The notes below the pieces were generated by a model. That model was not told where the DNA came from and searched no databases. It saw only the letters and a program-made list of their open reading frames with translations. From assembly GCA_012026655.1 (NCBI GenBank), contig JAAILG010000881.1:1-64000 (forward strand): a DNA stretch of 64,000 nt, in the 5' to 3' direction. Position 1 is the first letter of the stretch. Every line of letters begins with the position of its first letter. The position numbers and the translations under genes are program-made. This DNA comes from Hydrolagus affinis. Taxonomy: Eukaryota. Positions 63,806-64,000 of the stretch are shown one piece after another.

Positions 63806-64000
63806 CAGTAAAAGCTTCGTTATCCGGCACCCTCGGGACCTGACCATTGCCAGTTAATTAAATATGCCGGATATTTGAGCGGCAAGTTGCCAAAAATCCT
63901 ACACAAAAAAATTAACTTATTTTAAAACATTCCATATTAATAATAGACTAAATAATAACAGAATATTGTATGGATAATTACCAATAAAGCATTCCAGCAC
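63806..64000. mobile_element. probable Tigger/pogo-like DNA transposon left end, cut by the window edge
   Basis: TA|CAGTAAAAGCTTCGTTATCCGGCACCCTCGGGACC...TGCCGGATA has the typical TA-CAGT terminus and internal TCCGGCA/TGCCGGA inverted repeat; the other end is not visible. Confidence 0.65.

Noticed and set aside
1-64000. CRISPR array, operon or other prokaryotic or viral system
   Set aside because: No regularly spaced repeats and no gene-dense ORFs; the sequence is vertebrate non-coding DNA.

Overview
AT-rich, CpG-depleted vertebrate genomic DNA. The repeat content (L2 LINEs with (TTG)n tails, tRNA-head SINEs with (ATT)n tails, SacSINE1-like Deu-domain SINEs, old CR1) points to a cartilaginous fish, probably a chimaera/elephant-shark-type genome; this is inferred from recalled consensi. 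I recognise no host protein-coding exon, and the ORF track is mostly noise or repeat-derived. The window reads as a very long intron or gene desert, with dozens of SINE/LINE fragments, three DNA-transposon MITEs (one hAT and one Tigger-like element complete with TIRs and TSDs) and unique blocks rich in homeobox/Sox/Fox/POU motifs that look like conserved enhancers. Points worth a second look: a TSD-flanked chimeric dimeric SINE with a (GATT)n tail, a 62-nt hairpin whose arm differences are mostly G:U-compatible on the + strand, a recent 118-bp templated duplication, a diverged inverted repeat pair, and several unassigned exon-like segments, including a 30-nt microexon candidate and a polybasic CaaX-ending reading frame. 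I cannot support a claim of a new biological system from this sequence alone. Most repeat boundaries are approximate.
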